Shown piece by piece: positions 19,290 to 28,811 of a DNA stretch of 64,000 bases. The notes under the pieces were generated by a model. That model searched no databases, was not told the DNA's origin, and was given only the letters and a program-made list of their open reading frames with translations. The DNA comes from Bryobacterales bacterium. GTDB lineage: Bacteria > Acidobacteriota > Terriglobia > Bryobacterales > Bryobacteraceae. Made by a program: the position numbers and the translations under genes. Location: contig CAVRLR010000001.1 in NCBI GenBank assembly GCA_963722155.1, positions 354,292 to 418,291 of the forward strand. Reading direction: 5' to 3'. The stretch's first letter is position 1, and each line of letters begins with the position of its first letter.

Positions 19290-21515
19290 TCACGTTGAAG
19301 CTGCGCGGCCACCCCGCCGGAGCTGGTCGCGGAACATTATGACGAAGGGCTGGGCGCCCTCCGACCGCAAGTCTTCGATGGCCACTTTCATCTTGCGCCG
19401 CCAGTTCGGATATTCGGCAGTGCTGCCGGGCAGATTTTGTTGTTCCGTTTCCTTGGTGAAATCTTCCTGATTGAGCAGCAGGATCATGGACGGCATGCGC
19501 GCCAGAAAACCGACGATGGCATTGTGTAAGTCGCCATTCAGATCGGGGACATTCTCAGCATTGCGTTCGAAAGAGTCGGGCAGGAGGTGTTCCGCATGCA
19601 GGGCGTCGAGCATGCCTTGCTTTTCGCGGCGGCGGTCCTGTATTTGGTTGCGATGGCCTTGTTCGTCCGCCAAGCCGGCGGCGCGGCGCGCTTCGATATC
19701 ACGTCCTTGCCAGAATCCTGCGAGTGTGGGCAGATCGTGTGTAGCGCTCGATACTAACGCTTGACGCGGATATTCGGCGCTGGCCCGGAAAGCACCTTCG
19801 CGGGAATGTTTTTCGAAATAGAACAGGCGGTAACTTAAAATTCCAAAGTGCGAGAGCGCATCGCGAATCTCATCGGTAACCGTTCCAAGGTCCTCGCCGA
19901 TAATGATGTTCTCGCTGCGCACGCTTTCGAGCGCTAGTATTCGCAAAAGGTCGATCGCATTGTCGCGCACATACGCGCCATCGCGGGCTTCGAGTCCGTT
20001 CGGAATCCAAAAAAGGCGGAAGAGCCGCATCACGTGATCGATGCGAAGAGCGCCGCCATAAGAGACGATTTTTCGGATGCTGGCGCGGTACAGGCGGTAC
20101 CCACTGTCGCGATGAGCACGCGTATCGGGCGGAGGAAAGCTCCAATCCTGTCCATTCGGTGAAAAATCGTCCGGCGGAGCGCCTACCCGGCAACCATTCA
20201 CGAAGAACCTTCTATGGGCCCACAGATCCGCGCCGCAACTGTCGGTAGCGACTGCCAGGTCGTGATACAAGCCGATTTCCATCCCGCAGTCTTTGGCGTG
20301 CCGCTGAACCGCGCAAAGCTGTTCGTCGATCACAAACTGGATGTATTTGAAGAATTCGACAGTGCGCCGATACTTCTGCCCGAATTCCCGCACGGCGTCC
20401 GAATCGGCGGATTGATATTGATCGGGCCAGTCACGCCAGGTCCAGCGGTTGCGGTCTTGTTTGTGCAGGAGTTCATCGAGCGCGCAATATACCGCGAACT
20501 TTTCGAGTAAATCGCCTTCGCACCTGCAATACTCCGCAAAAGCACGGGCGCGGTCAGAATCTTTGCGTCGGGTAAACTCCCGATACAGCAGCTTCAGAAA
20601 GCGGCGCTTGAGCGAAGAGACTTCTTCATATTCGACGAACTCGGCATTCCGGGCGAGTTCTATTCTTTGCTGAATGCGCGGCGATTGAAGTAAAGCTTGC
20701 GCGCAGCGCGATGACTCAAATTCGGGAATGCGCTCGATATCGAGGTAGACCAGATTTTTGTAATAAACGGAAAGCGGCAGGTAGGGACTAGTGTTATAGG
20801 GTACACGGTTATGCAGCGCGTGGAGCGGATTCAGACCAACAAAATTGAATCCCAGTTCTCCGTGCGCCCATTCAACCAGCGCTCGCAGATCGGTGAAATC
20901 GCCGCAGCCCCAATTGCGATGGGAGCGTAATCCGTAAAGCGCAACGTTGAAGCCAGCGGTTTTGCCGCCTTGCGCTAATTTGCCAGGAAGATAGGCTTTG
21001 TCTGGACAGACGATCAGATGCGTTTCACTCGTCGATCCGTCGCTGCCGGTCAATTTCAGCTGGTGGTAGCCAAGCGGGACTTCTTTAGGCAGCGGCAATT
21101 GCGACGAGTCGGTGACGCCGGCGAGACTTTCTCCGCTTTCGAGCGAAATCTGAAAGCGAATCGGGCCATTCGGGGCCGTAATCGGCACATTTCTTTCGCA
21201 TTCGCTTAATACCAGTGTTTTTGGGGAAAACGAGCTGGTACTTTCCAGAAAACGCTGTAAGCGCTGCTCATCAATTTTCTCCGCGCTTGAAATATCCCAG
21301 CCAAGGGCCGTCAAGATTCGCTTGATGGAATCGGCGGGCACCTCGTGCCGGTGATGGAAGATGTCCCAATATTCGCGGTCAATGCCGCATTCCGATGCAG
21401 CACGCGAAAGCGCGTCGTCGTAGCCAGTCGACCGTTGGAACGTAACTTGCGAGACATCCATGTACTTCGATTCTAGGTGGTGGCATAATTCGTAAACCGT
21501 GAGGAATTCGTTCAC
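19290..21515 (-). CDS. malQ: 4-alpha-glucanotransferase (amylomaltase, GH77)
   Basis: GH77 blocks are present: ALRIDHVMRLFRLFWIP, IIGEDLGTV and SATHDLPTLAGFW. The start is uncertain, and the ATG at 21461 would remove the head-on overlap with 21499-22509. Confidence 0.9.
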   Translation of the reverse strand: MNEFLTVYELCHHLESKYMDVSQVTFQRSTGYDDALSRAASECGIDREYWDIFHHRHEVPADSIKRILTALGWDISSAEKIDEQRLQRFLESTSSFSPKTLVLSECERNVPITAPNGPIRFQISLESGESLAGVTDSSQLPLPKEVPLGYHQLKLTGSDGSTSETHLIVCPDKAYLPGKLAQGGKTAGFNVALYGLRSHRNWGCGDFTDLRALVEWAHGELGFNFVGLNPLHALHNRVPYNTSPYLPLSVYYKNLVYLDIERIPEFESSRCAQALLQSPRIQQRIELARNAEFVEYEEVSSLKRRFLKLLYREFTRRKDSDRARAFAEYCRCEGDLLEKFAVYCALDELLHKQDRNRWTWRDWPDQYQSADSDAVREFGQKYRRTVEFFKYIQFVIDEQLCAVQRHAKDCGMEIGLYHDLAVATDSCGADLWAHRRFFVNGCRVGAPPDDFSPNGQDWSFPPPDTRAHRDSGYRLYRASIRKIVSYGGALRIDHVMRLFRLFWIPNGLEARDGAYVRDNAIDLLRILALESVRSENIIIGEDLGTVTDEIRDALSHFGILSYRLFYFEKHSREGAFRASAEYPRQALVSSATHDLPTLAGFWQGRDIEARRAAGLADEQGHRNQIQDRRREKQGMLDALHAEHLLPDSFERNAENVPDLNGDLHNAIVGFLARMPSMILLLNQEDFTKETEQQNLPGSTAEYPNWRRKMKVAIEDLRSEGAQPFVIMFRDQLRRGGRAAST

Positions 21516-22509
21516 ATGGGTGGCTCTGCCGGCACTGACGCTCGTGGCGTGTCACGCTTTCGATAGTCCGACAGCAGACATGGAACGCGCACAAGCACAA
21601 GTGGAACACGGCGATTACTCTACGGGCATCAAGGCGCTTTCCGATTTAATCGATAAACACCCGCGGAATAAGGCGCTGCGCGAGGCACGATTGAATGCCG
21701 CGGAGCAATGGATCAGGAACTATGGCATATCGGGCGCCGAGGGAAAGGACCTCGCCAGCGAAGCAAACGCCCAACTGTCGCCGCTCATAGCGCTGCTCGA
21801 AGCAGAATCGACCGGATTGAGCGGCGCGCCAGCAGCGACTCTCGCGGCGCACCTAGGATGGGCCCATTTTATGCGGTTCCGCATTGCGGAGGCGGATCTG
21901 CCGGGAACCGTCGAACCATATTTTCGGCAAGCATTGCGACTGAACGAGCGAGACGTATACGCAAACGCGATGCTCGGCAACTGGCTGCTTCAGAGCAAGC
22001 CGCATTCGGTGAATGAAGCCATGAGCCATTTTCAGACGGCTATTGAAACCGGCAAAGAACGCGCCTGGATCCGCGGATTTGAACTGGGCGGGTTGATGTC
22101 GAGCGGATCGGAGCCGGCCGCGCTACGGGAATTAGTAAAGCTGTGCAACGAAATGCGCAAGAACGGCGAGGCCATTGACGAAGACGAGAAACGCCGCATT
22201 TTAGGGAACTACAGCGTTGCGCTGGCGAATCGCACGGAGCTTGCAAATCTGCTCTCGGCCGTGCCGCCGGATGACAGTTGGGCGACTTATATCTGGTTGG
22301 ATGGCGGCACTGACAGCAGCGATCCCGAATGGGAGGAGCTGAAGCATACATTCATACTGGCAAACATCGATGAGCTAGCCGGGCACGAACACGAAGCGTT
22401 AGCACTGTATAAGCGCCTAGCGCAGAACCACCGGCTGATGGATTCGAGCAGCTTGGGCGCGCGCACGAAGGAGGCCATTCAGCGTTTGCAAGCACATCGC
22501 GTGGGATAA
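21499..22509 (+). CDS. putative lipoprotein, helical / TPR-like, function unknown
   Basis: GTG start. The signal has a lipobox (WVALPALTLVAC), and the mature part is helical and repeat-like. Confidence 0.55.
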   Translation: MRNSFTWVALPALTLVACHAFDSPTADMERAQAQVEHGDYSTGIKALSDLIDKHPRNKALREARLNAAEQWIRNYGISGAEGKDLASEANAQLSPLIALLEAESTGLSGAPAATLAAHLGWAHFMRFRIAEADLPGTVEPYFRQALRLNERDVYANAMLGNWLLQSKPHSVNEAMSHFQTAIETGKERAWIRGFELGGLMSSGSEPAALRELVKLCNEMRKNGEAIDEDEKRRILGNYSVALANRTELANLLSAVPPDDSWATYIWLDGGTDSSDPEWEELKHTFILANIDELAGHEHEALALYKRLAQNHRLMDSSSLGARTKEAIQRLQAHRVG

Positions 22510-22516
22510 TTGACAT

Positions 22517-23065
22517 GTGGCCGACCTGGATCGATTCGAAATAAGCCAGCCGCCGGAGTTGTTCGCGCGCGCCGATGAAGACGCTGCACAATTCGGCGAC
22601 AGCATTATCACCACGACACTCGACAGCGCGCTGAACTGGGCGCGGAAAAATTCGCTCTGGCCGATGACGTTTGGCCTGGCGTGCTGCGCGATCGAGATGA
22701 TGTCGATGATGGCGTCGCGTTACGATGCGGCACGTTTTGGCGCGGAAGTATTCCGCGGATCGCCGCGGCAGTCGGATCTGATGATTATCGCCGGCCGTGT
22801 GTCGAACAAGATGGCGCCAGTGATTCGCCAGCTTTACCGCCAGATGCCGGAGCCCAAATGGGTGATTTCGATGGGCGCTTGCGCGACATCGACCGGCGTA
22901 TTCAGCAACTACGCTTTGATTCCGGTGAACCAAGTAATTCCGGTGGATGTCTTCGTTCCGGGTTGCCCGCCGCGACCCGAGCAACTGATCTACGGGATCA
23001 TGATGCTGCAGGAAAAGATTCAGGCCGAGCGCGGCACCGTCATGAAGACACTGAACCTGGCGTAA
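22517..23065 (+). CDS. nuoB: NADH-quinone oxidoreductase subunit B
   Basis: [21 protein letters not shown] and PGCPPRPE are present, so all four N2-cluster Cys positions are intact. Confidence 0.9.
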   Translation: MADLDRFEISQPPELFARADEDAAQFGDSIITTTLDSALNWARKNSLWPMTFGLACCAIEMMSMMASRYDAARFGAEVFRGSPRQSDLMIIAGRVSNKMAPVIRQLYRQMPEPKWVISMGACATSTGVFSNYALIPVNQVIPVDVFVPGCPPRPEQLIYGIMMLQEKIQAERGTVMKTLNLA

Positions 23066-24517
23066 TTACCGCTTTAACGGGTCTTCGACCCACGGCGGAG
23101 TGGCTTCGACGAGCGCGCCCAAAATCGGATCGAGCTTTTCGAGCGCCTGCTTCATTTCCCACGCGATCTTGCGATAGGAGAAGTGACCTTTCACGCCGCT
23201 GCGAAGGCGCGAGATGTAGTCCAGCTCGGCGAAATCCATCTTGAAGAGAAATCGGGAACGGGCCGCCAGCGGCAACAGGTATTGCGCTCCCGGTTGCGGC
23301 AGTTTGTCGATGGCGGCGCTAGCCAGGCGTAGCGCATCAGCAAAAATCTGCTCAGCGCCGCACTGCGCGACGGCGGCGGGAGTTTCATAACCAAACTTGT
23401 GCGTATACTGTTGGCGCAGTTGCTGGCAGCGGCGATGGCGATGCATATCGCGATAGGCGCCGATGTCCATGACGAAATCGAAAACATAAGGCGCACTGCG
23501 AAACTGCCGCGGCAGCTCACCACGCCGCTTGTGGCCGCCCGTTGCCAGATCCAACAGATCCTTGCGCCGCACAGACGTCCAGGAGCAGGCGTATTCGTAT
23601 AACTCGCGATAGGAGCGATCGGTAACGGGGAAAAGTAGCGTGGCACAGATGTCGGCCAGTGAGTCGTTCGGTTGTATTAGATCGACCGGCTTGGCGGGCT
23701 CATTCCCCGCGGCCGGCAGATGATCGGCGGCCCATTCCGTAAGGTTGGCGCGCAGATGACTAGCGTGCTCGTCCGGCCCGGCATGGCGAGCCAGCGTGGG
23801 CGCAATGGCTTCGACGATTTCCGGCTGCCAGCCGCACTCGGGCGGAAGAGCGCAGGCTTGGGTAAGTTCGCTCGCGATCTCACGCAGTTCTTGAAATTCC
23901 GACGCCATCAAACGGCGCACCTGTTTTTCGAGAGTGCGGATGCTGGTGACTTGTCCGACACCGGTGGGGATGCCGAAGGGCAGTAGGTAGCGGGCCACGT
24001 CGAACGCGCGTGCGGCGAGGTTGCGCCGGTAAGCATCGGGCTTCATATCGTCGGGACGAGGCAGACTCGCCTCGAGGAAAGCCTGCATACGGCGCTGCAC
24101 TTCGCGATACGCGTCTAATAGCGTTTCCGCGGACTTCGCATAAAGCGCCGCTTCGCTGATGGTGAATTCAGGCGGGACGATGGCTTCGGCCTTCGAGAAA
24201 TCCTGATAGCGCGAGCTTCGCGCCTGACCGTCCCAGAGCTGCTCGTCTTCTATTTCGGTGGCAGCGAGTTCGGATACACCTTCGAAACAGATGGTGACGT
24301 GGCCGAGATCGGCGATAGAGGCGTGGCCGTACTGGAAATAGAAGCTTTCGAGAAATTTCGCAGAATCGTGCGTACGGACCCAATCGAGCGAATCGCGGAT
24401 AGAATCAGGCGATCGGCTATAGCGCGCCAAGGCGTAGGCGAGCTTTTCCGGTGGCATTGGCGCAACAGTCAATACACGCTTGGAAAGGGAGTGCGCGAGA
24501 GGCATGGGTGCGGACAT
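23066..24517 (-). CDS. thyX: large (483-aa) two-lobed ThyX-family protein (FAD-dependent thymidylate synthase-like)
   Basis: The N-terminal half has ARYSRSP and QARSSRY. The C-terminal half has [12 protein letters not shown] (an RHR motif). The gene is divergent from dut and close to dcd. Confidence 0.7.
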   Translation of the reverse strand: MSAPMPLAHSLSKRVLTVAPMPPEKLAYALARYSRSPDSIRDSLDWVRTHDSAKFLESFYFQYGHASIADLGHVTICFEGVSELAATEIEDEQLWDGQARSSRYQDFSKAEAIVPPEFTISEAALYAKSAETLLDAYREVQRRMQAFLEASLPRPDDMKPDAYRRNLAARAFDVARYLLPFGIPTGVGQVTSIRTLEKQVRRLMASEFQELREIASELTQACALPPECGWQPEIVEAIAPTLARHAGPDEHASHLRANLTEWAADHLPAAGNEPAKPVDLIQPNDSLADICATLLFPVTDRSYRELYEYACSWTSVRRKDLLDLATGGHKRRGELPRQFRSAPYVFDFVMDIGAYRDMHRHRRCQQLRQQYTHKFGYETPAAVAQCGAEQIFADALRLASAAIDKLPQPGAQYLLPLAARSRFLFKMDFAELDYISRLRSGVKGHFSYRKIAWEMKQALEKLDPILGALVEATPPWVEDPLKR

Positions 24518-24543
24518 CGAAGCCGCTATGATAGCGGATTCGC

Positions 24544-24976
24544 ATGCGAATCAGAATCAAGAAGCTTCACAGCAACGCCAGCCTTCCGGAATATGCGCAC
24601 GGACCGGCCGAAGATGCAGGCCTCGATATCCGCTGTCTGGAGAATACTGTACTTGTTCCGGGCGTGGCGCAAGCGGTGGCAACCGGCCTGGCGCTGGAGA
24701 TTCCTACCGGCTATGAGGTGCAGATCCGGCCGACGCAGCGGTCTGGCTTTGAAGCATGCCATCACCCTTCCGAATGCACCGGCGACGATCGATCCGGGCT
24801 ATCGAGGGGAACTGCGGGTGATTTTGCTGAACCTGGGCACGGCCCCTTATGAAGTGAAGGCGGGCGACCGGGTTGCGCAGATGGTGGTGGCGAAATACGA
24901 AGCAGTCGAGTGGGAAGAAGGCGATTTATCGGAATCGGTACGCGGCGCAGGCGGGTTTGGCTCTTCGGGCCGCTAA
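24544..24976 (+). pseudogene. dut: dUTP diphosphatase interrupted by a 1-nt frameshift
   Basis: Frame 1 gives [31 protein letters not shown]...YEVQIRP. Frame 2 continues [33 protein letters not shown]...GGFGSSGR. The junction is ATC CGG CCG [A] CGC AGC GGT, at position 24733. Confidence 0.8.
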
Positions 24977-24992
24977 AATCAGGTCTTTTAGA

Positions 24993-25568
24993 TCAGGGCT
25001 TAGAGACTTCGCTGGTGAGGCGGCTTGCGAGCGGCTGCGTTTGACCGGCGTACTTGTTGCCAGCCTTTTTGTAATACGGCACAGATACCGGCGAGGAGAG
25101 CTGTTCGAAGGTGAACGAGCAGATACGCATCCCGGGATAGAGCGCGACCGGCATGATGCCTAGATTGCTCAGCTCGAGCGTCGCTTTCCCACGCCAACCT
25201 GGATCGAAGAGGCCAGCTGTGCCATGCACGATGATGCCGATGCGGCCGAGGCTGGAGCGACCTTCTAGACGCCCGAGCACATCGTCATCCAGTTCGAGCG
25301 TTTCTTCGGTAATCGCGAGGGCGAACTCGCGCGGCTGGAGGATAAACGGCTCGCCCGGTTTGACCTGGATGGTGCGCATGAGGTCCTGGATGGCCCCTTT
25401 CTCGCGGACGTCGATATAAGCGTGGCGGCTGTGCTCGAAGACACTAAACTCGGCGCCGAGCCGAAAATCGACGGAGCAGCTGCCAAACTGCTCGGGAGGA
25501 AGCGGCGGAGAAACGCGAATCTTACCCTGCTCGAGGTAGCGGCGAATATCGACGTCAGAAAGAACCAT
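24993..25568 (-). CDS. dcd: dCTP deaminase
   Basis: 191 aa. MVLSDVDIRRYLEQG...VDFRLG...EGRSSLGRIGI...DPGWRG are typical Dcd blocks. Confidence 0.9.
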   Translation of the reverse strand: MVLSDVDIRRYLEQGKIRVSPPLPPEQFGSCSVDFRLGAEFSVFEHSRHAYIDVREKGAIQDLMRTIQVKPGEPFILQPREFALAITEETLELDDDVLGRLEGRSSLGRIGIIVHGTAGLFDPGWRGKATLELSNLGIMPVALYPGMRICSFTFEQLSSPVSVPYYKKAGNKYAGQTQPLASRLTSEVSKP

Positions 25569-25652
25569 GGCAGGAACGTGCGAACAGCCATCCTAGCATG
25601 CGGAAAATGTTATATTGAGTGGGTTGTGGCGCTGCTGCGGCGCGCCCGCAGT

Positions 25653-25728
25653 GGGCGGCTAGCTCAGCTGGGAGAGCACCACGTTCGCAACGTGGGGGTC
25701 GTGGGTTCGAACCCCATGCCGTCCACCA
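25653..25728 (+). tRNA. tRNA-Ala (anticodon CGC)
   Basis: 76-nt cloverleaf folded by hand: acceptor GGGCGGC / GCCGTCC with the G3:U70 alanine identity pair, anticodon loop TTCGCAA, T-loop TTCGAAC, and an encoded CCA. Confidence 0.9.
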
Positions 25729-26776
25729 AAATATCCTCTTCAGAATCAGCAGTTACAGCCAATTTTTTCGAGTTTGACAAAAATCTGACATCCCACACAT
25801 CCTGCGCCAGGCTCAAAATCCGTTCCTGACGCTGAACAGTCCATTGCGCGTAGTGTTTCCGGATGATCTCTGGAGTGCTGCCGAGGACGTTTGCAACGTC
25901 CTCCGTCGTCCAGCCCTTTTCCAGCAGCGCGGTTGCTAAAGTGTGACGGAAGCGGTGCGCATGAGCGGCTTCCACTTCGGATAGCTGAAAGACGCGCGCC
26001 AAAGTTCGCGTGACACCACGAATGAAAGCTCGGGTGGTGCCATTTCCACTCCAAAAGAGATACTTCGATTGTCCCTTTGTCCCTTTCGGTTCGGGCAATG
26101 CATCTAGGACGTCACGAAGTACCGGAGGTATGGGCAAAAAGATCGGCTTCCCGTTCTTCATTGTGTGGAGGTAAATGCGGCTGTTTCGCACGCGGTCGCG
26201 GGCGAGCGTTGCCACATCGCTAATCCGGAGTCCGGTGTAACGGAGCAAAAGCACCATGGCCCGAGATCTACTGCGCTCATACGGTCCTCTACCCAGTTGG
26301 TCACAGGCGGAGAGAATTCGCACGACTTCTTCCTGTGTGTAGGGCTCCTTCGGTTTTGTCTTCACGGTTGGAGGTTTTACTTCCTTCGCCGGATTGGAGG
26401 ACATCCACTTCCGGCTGACGCAAAAGCCAAAGAAGTTCCGTAGAATGGCCAGCTCCTTGATCCACGTCATTGCCGAAATCGGCCGTTTCGTGCGAAACAG
26501 ATCGACGGTCTCGATTTCTACATCATCAAGTCTGGTGATACTCGTAGCTTTGGCGATTCGAAGAAAGTTATCGAGCGCTCTACGGTGATTCCGTTTAGTG
26601 CCGTGGCCAACGTCTTCCTTCGAAGATTTGAATGCCTCAATGGCATCTTGGATCGATTTTGGTTCCCGATAGTCTGGCCGTTCCATGGCGGCAAGCTTTC
26701 GGTACGCTTTGTCGAGACTTCGGGTATAGAGCGACGTACGATAGCGTTTCCCTTTCAATGTCCCATCGACTCCCAA
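25664..26776 (-). CDS. tyrosine recombinase / phage-type integrase
   Basis: Catalytic contexts LLRYTGLRISD, HRFRHTLATALL and IIRKHY. The last 22 codons run antisense through tRNA-Ala. The track start is TTG, and the frame stays open a further 47 codons upstream (to 26917) encoding NCPHRKKGRQFLNCKC with no ATG or GTG. Confidence 0.85.
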   Translation of the reverse strand: MGVDGTLKGKRYRTSLYTRSLDKAYRKLAAMERPDYREPKSIQDAIEAFKSSKEDVGHGTKRNHRRALDNFLRIAKATSITRLDDVEIETVDLFRTKRPISAMTWIKELAILRNFFGFCVSRKWMSSNPAKEVKPPTVKTKPKEPYTQEEVVRILSACDQLGRGPYERSRSRAMVLLLRYTGLRISDVATLARDRVRNSRIYLHTMKNGKPIFLPIPPVLRDVLDALPEPKGTKGQSKYLFWSGNGTTRAFIRGVTRTLARVFQLSEVEAAHAHRFRHTLATALLEKGWTTEDVANVLGSTPEIIRKHYAQWTVQRQERILSLAQDVWDVRFLSNSKKLAVTADSEEDILVDGMGFEPTTPTLRTWCSPS

Positions 26777-26865
26777 ACTGCACTTGCAGTTGAGGAATTG
26801 CCGTCCCTTTTTGCGATGGGGGCAGTTGCGGGAAGTGGAGCCGAACCAGATAGAGATCGGGCAAG

Positions 26866-27171
26866 CTAACCTCGATCCCTGTTGCCCGACGCAACGATTC
26901 TTCGTTGGTATTCGCGTTCAGCAACTGAGGCTGGAATTCTCAACGTGAAGTATTCGCGCTTTCCGCTTCGCCGTTTATCGTTGCCGAGGCGCAGGACGCC
27001 GGGAGCGACTTCGAAGATACGGCGGATGGTCGATTCATCCAACCTCCAAAGCTCTGCGAGTACCTGCACCGAGTAGTGGGGTTCCAGCGAGGAGGCCGGG
27101 AGATTGGAGACTGTTTCGGATTCGGGGCGGTTCCCCGATTCTTGCCAGGTTTCGAGATATGAGTTCTTCAA
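26866..27171 (-). CDS. excisionase-like HTH DNA-binding protein
   Basis: 101 aa, immediately upstream of the integrase. YSVQVLAELWRLDESTIRRIF ... LRIPASVAEREY matches the HTH_17 / AlpA-type pattern. Confidence 0.5.
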   Translation of the reverse strand: MKNSYLETWQESGNRPESETVSNLPASSLEPHYSVQVLAELWRLDESTIRRIFEVAPGVLRLGNDKRRSGKREYFTLRIPASVAEREYQRRIVASGNRDRG

Positions 27172-27465
27172 GGTTCTCCTCGAATTCCAGGTGATTTACG
27201 TCCGTGAGGCCGCCGCTAGCCACAGACTCGCGTATTGGAAGGTCAGAGCCAGCCGGACGCTCTTCTCTCCGTTCCGAGTGCGTTCTGCGGCGGAGCTACC
27301 GTTGATTTTCGCTTGCTGCATTGTGTTTCCGCTTCCTTCTGAGAATTTGTGCTCTCACTAATAAGCGGGGTGAATTTAGCCAAAATGTTGAAGCCGTACA
27401 AATATTATTTTTCGTCTCCTTGATGTAGGATAAAAATTTAAGGCTGCGGTTATCGGAAAAATAGA

Positions 27466-27984
27466 GTGCCATTCGAACCGCTCAAGTCAAAATTAGTTGA
27501 CCGCATGGGCCGTCAGGTTGCCGAACCGGTTCAGGCAACAGTCGTGCGCGCGTTCGAACGGGCGATAACGATTCCTGACGCAAATATCGACCATCTTGTT
27601 TTGGGAGCCGCCCGCGTCGCGAGAGTCATCGCAGATGGTGGCGCCGCAAAGCCAGACGAATACGCGTTTACTGTTCTACGGCGAATCGCTTGGCAAAGTC
27701 AGCGGGACCTTCTTGAGCCTTCGCAGACCGCTTCCTTATCTGAACAAGAAGCCGAGTCGCTGGAGGATAAGGGTGTTTGCTCGTCGGCAATCCTGGCGGG
27801 AATCGAGATCCGGCAGCTCCTGGATAACCTTGACGATCGCGACGAGAAGATCGTCACCATGCGCAGTCGCGGATTCCGATACGAAGAAATCTCCGCGGAA
27901 GTAGGGATGCTGGAAGTTTCAGTACGATGCCGATATCATTTGGCAAAGAATCGGCTGCGAACGCTTGCTGGTGGCGAGCGATAA
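27466..27984 (+). CDS. divergent ECF-like sigma factor (region-4 HTH clear, region 2 weak)
   Basis: 172 aa, GTG start. LDDRDEKIVTMRSRGFRYEEISAEVGMLEVSVRCRYHLAKNRLR is a sigma region-4-type HTH. Confidence 0.45.
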   Translation: MPFEPLKSKLVDRMGRQVAEPVQATVVRAFERAITIPDANIDHLVLGAARVARVIADGGAAKPDEYAFTVLRRIAWQSQRDLLEPSQTASLSEQEAESLEDKGVCSSAILAGIEIRQLLDNLDDRDEKIVTMRSRGFRYEEISAEVGMLEVSVRCRYHLAKNRLRTLAGGER

Positions 27985-28669
27985 TGTTGCGACGGTGGCA
28001 AATGATCCGATTGACAAGCTAAGGCGAACCGCTTACCCGAACCCGGAGCGGATCGGCTGCCCAAATTCTTCGATCTTTGAGGCACTGAGACTTCGGAAGA
28101 TCGCTTTTGACGATCCCGTTTGGACGCACATCGAACACTGCTCGCCTTGCTATTGTCAGTTTTCCGAAATTCGAGAGGCGCTCTTTAAAGAAGAGCGAAA
28201 GAACGATTCCCGAAGAGCAATACGGGCCGGTTTGGTCATTGTCGTGCTTATCGCGCTTGGGGCAAGTTTCTACGTTTGGCGGCGAAGTAGAACCAACGAA
28301 GGTCAAGCGAGGATCGCCTCAAATCACGGTGAGGCGGTCGTTTTAAATTTCGAAGATGGATCTGAGCTTCGCGGGGTTCAAGGTGATTCAACTGCACGTA
28401 TCAATTCAGGTGTACAACACCTACCCCGCAACCAGCTCAACCTCACCGTATATTTGCCGCTCGGCAGTCCCGCCGGCAGTTATGATCTGGAAATCGTTGG
28501 TTCGACCGGTGACAGGATTTGGCATGCTCAGGGCCAAGCCTTTATCAAAAATGGTCTAACGTCAATTCCAGTCGAAGGCGACCTGCGCAATGTGCCGATC
28601 GGGGCTTACAAATTCCGATTCCGAAGGCCTGATGAAACTTGGCGCGAAAAAGATGTGATTGTGCGGTAG
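27965..28669 (+). CDS. anti-sigma-like membrane protein (Cys/His cluster, one TM helix, extracytoplasmic domain)
   Basis: Overlaps the sigma-like gene by 20 nt. It has CPNSS...HIEHCSPCYC and the TM helix GLVIVVLIALGASFYVW. Its outside domain shares LxVxLPxxxxPxGxYxxxI with the anti-sigma at 14560-15240. Confidence 0.45.
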   Translation: MLVASDNVATVANDPIDKLRRTAYPNPERIGCPNSSIFEALRLRKIAFDDPVWTHIEHCSPCYCQFSEIREALFKEERKNDSRRAIRAGLVIVVLIALGASFYVWRRSRTNEGQARIASNHGEAVVLNFEDGSELRGVQGDSTARINSGVQHLPRNQLNLTVYLPLGSPAGSYDLEIVGSTGDRIWHAQGQAFIKNGLTSIPVEGDLRNVPIGAYKFRFRRPDETWREKDVIVR

Positions 28670-28811
28670 ATGTCTCCGAACTACGACGTCGGAGTCTTGC
28701 CGATGTAGGTCAAATCCTTTTCTTCCAGAGATTCGTGGAGCAGCACGTCAGCGTTTCGGCGGATTAGTCCCGATAAATACTGTAGCGTCTTGTTCTTTTG
28801 TTCTGACTCTT

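Noticed and set aside
22352-22984. 210-aa minus-strand ORF
   Set aside because: Antisense shadow of nuoB. The translation is Arg/His-rich with no motif.
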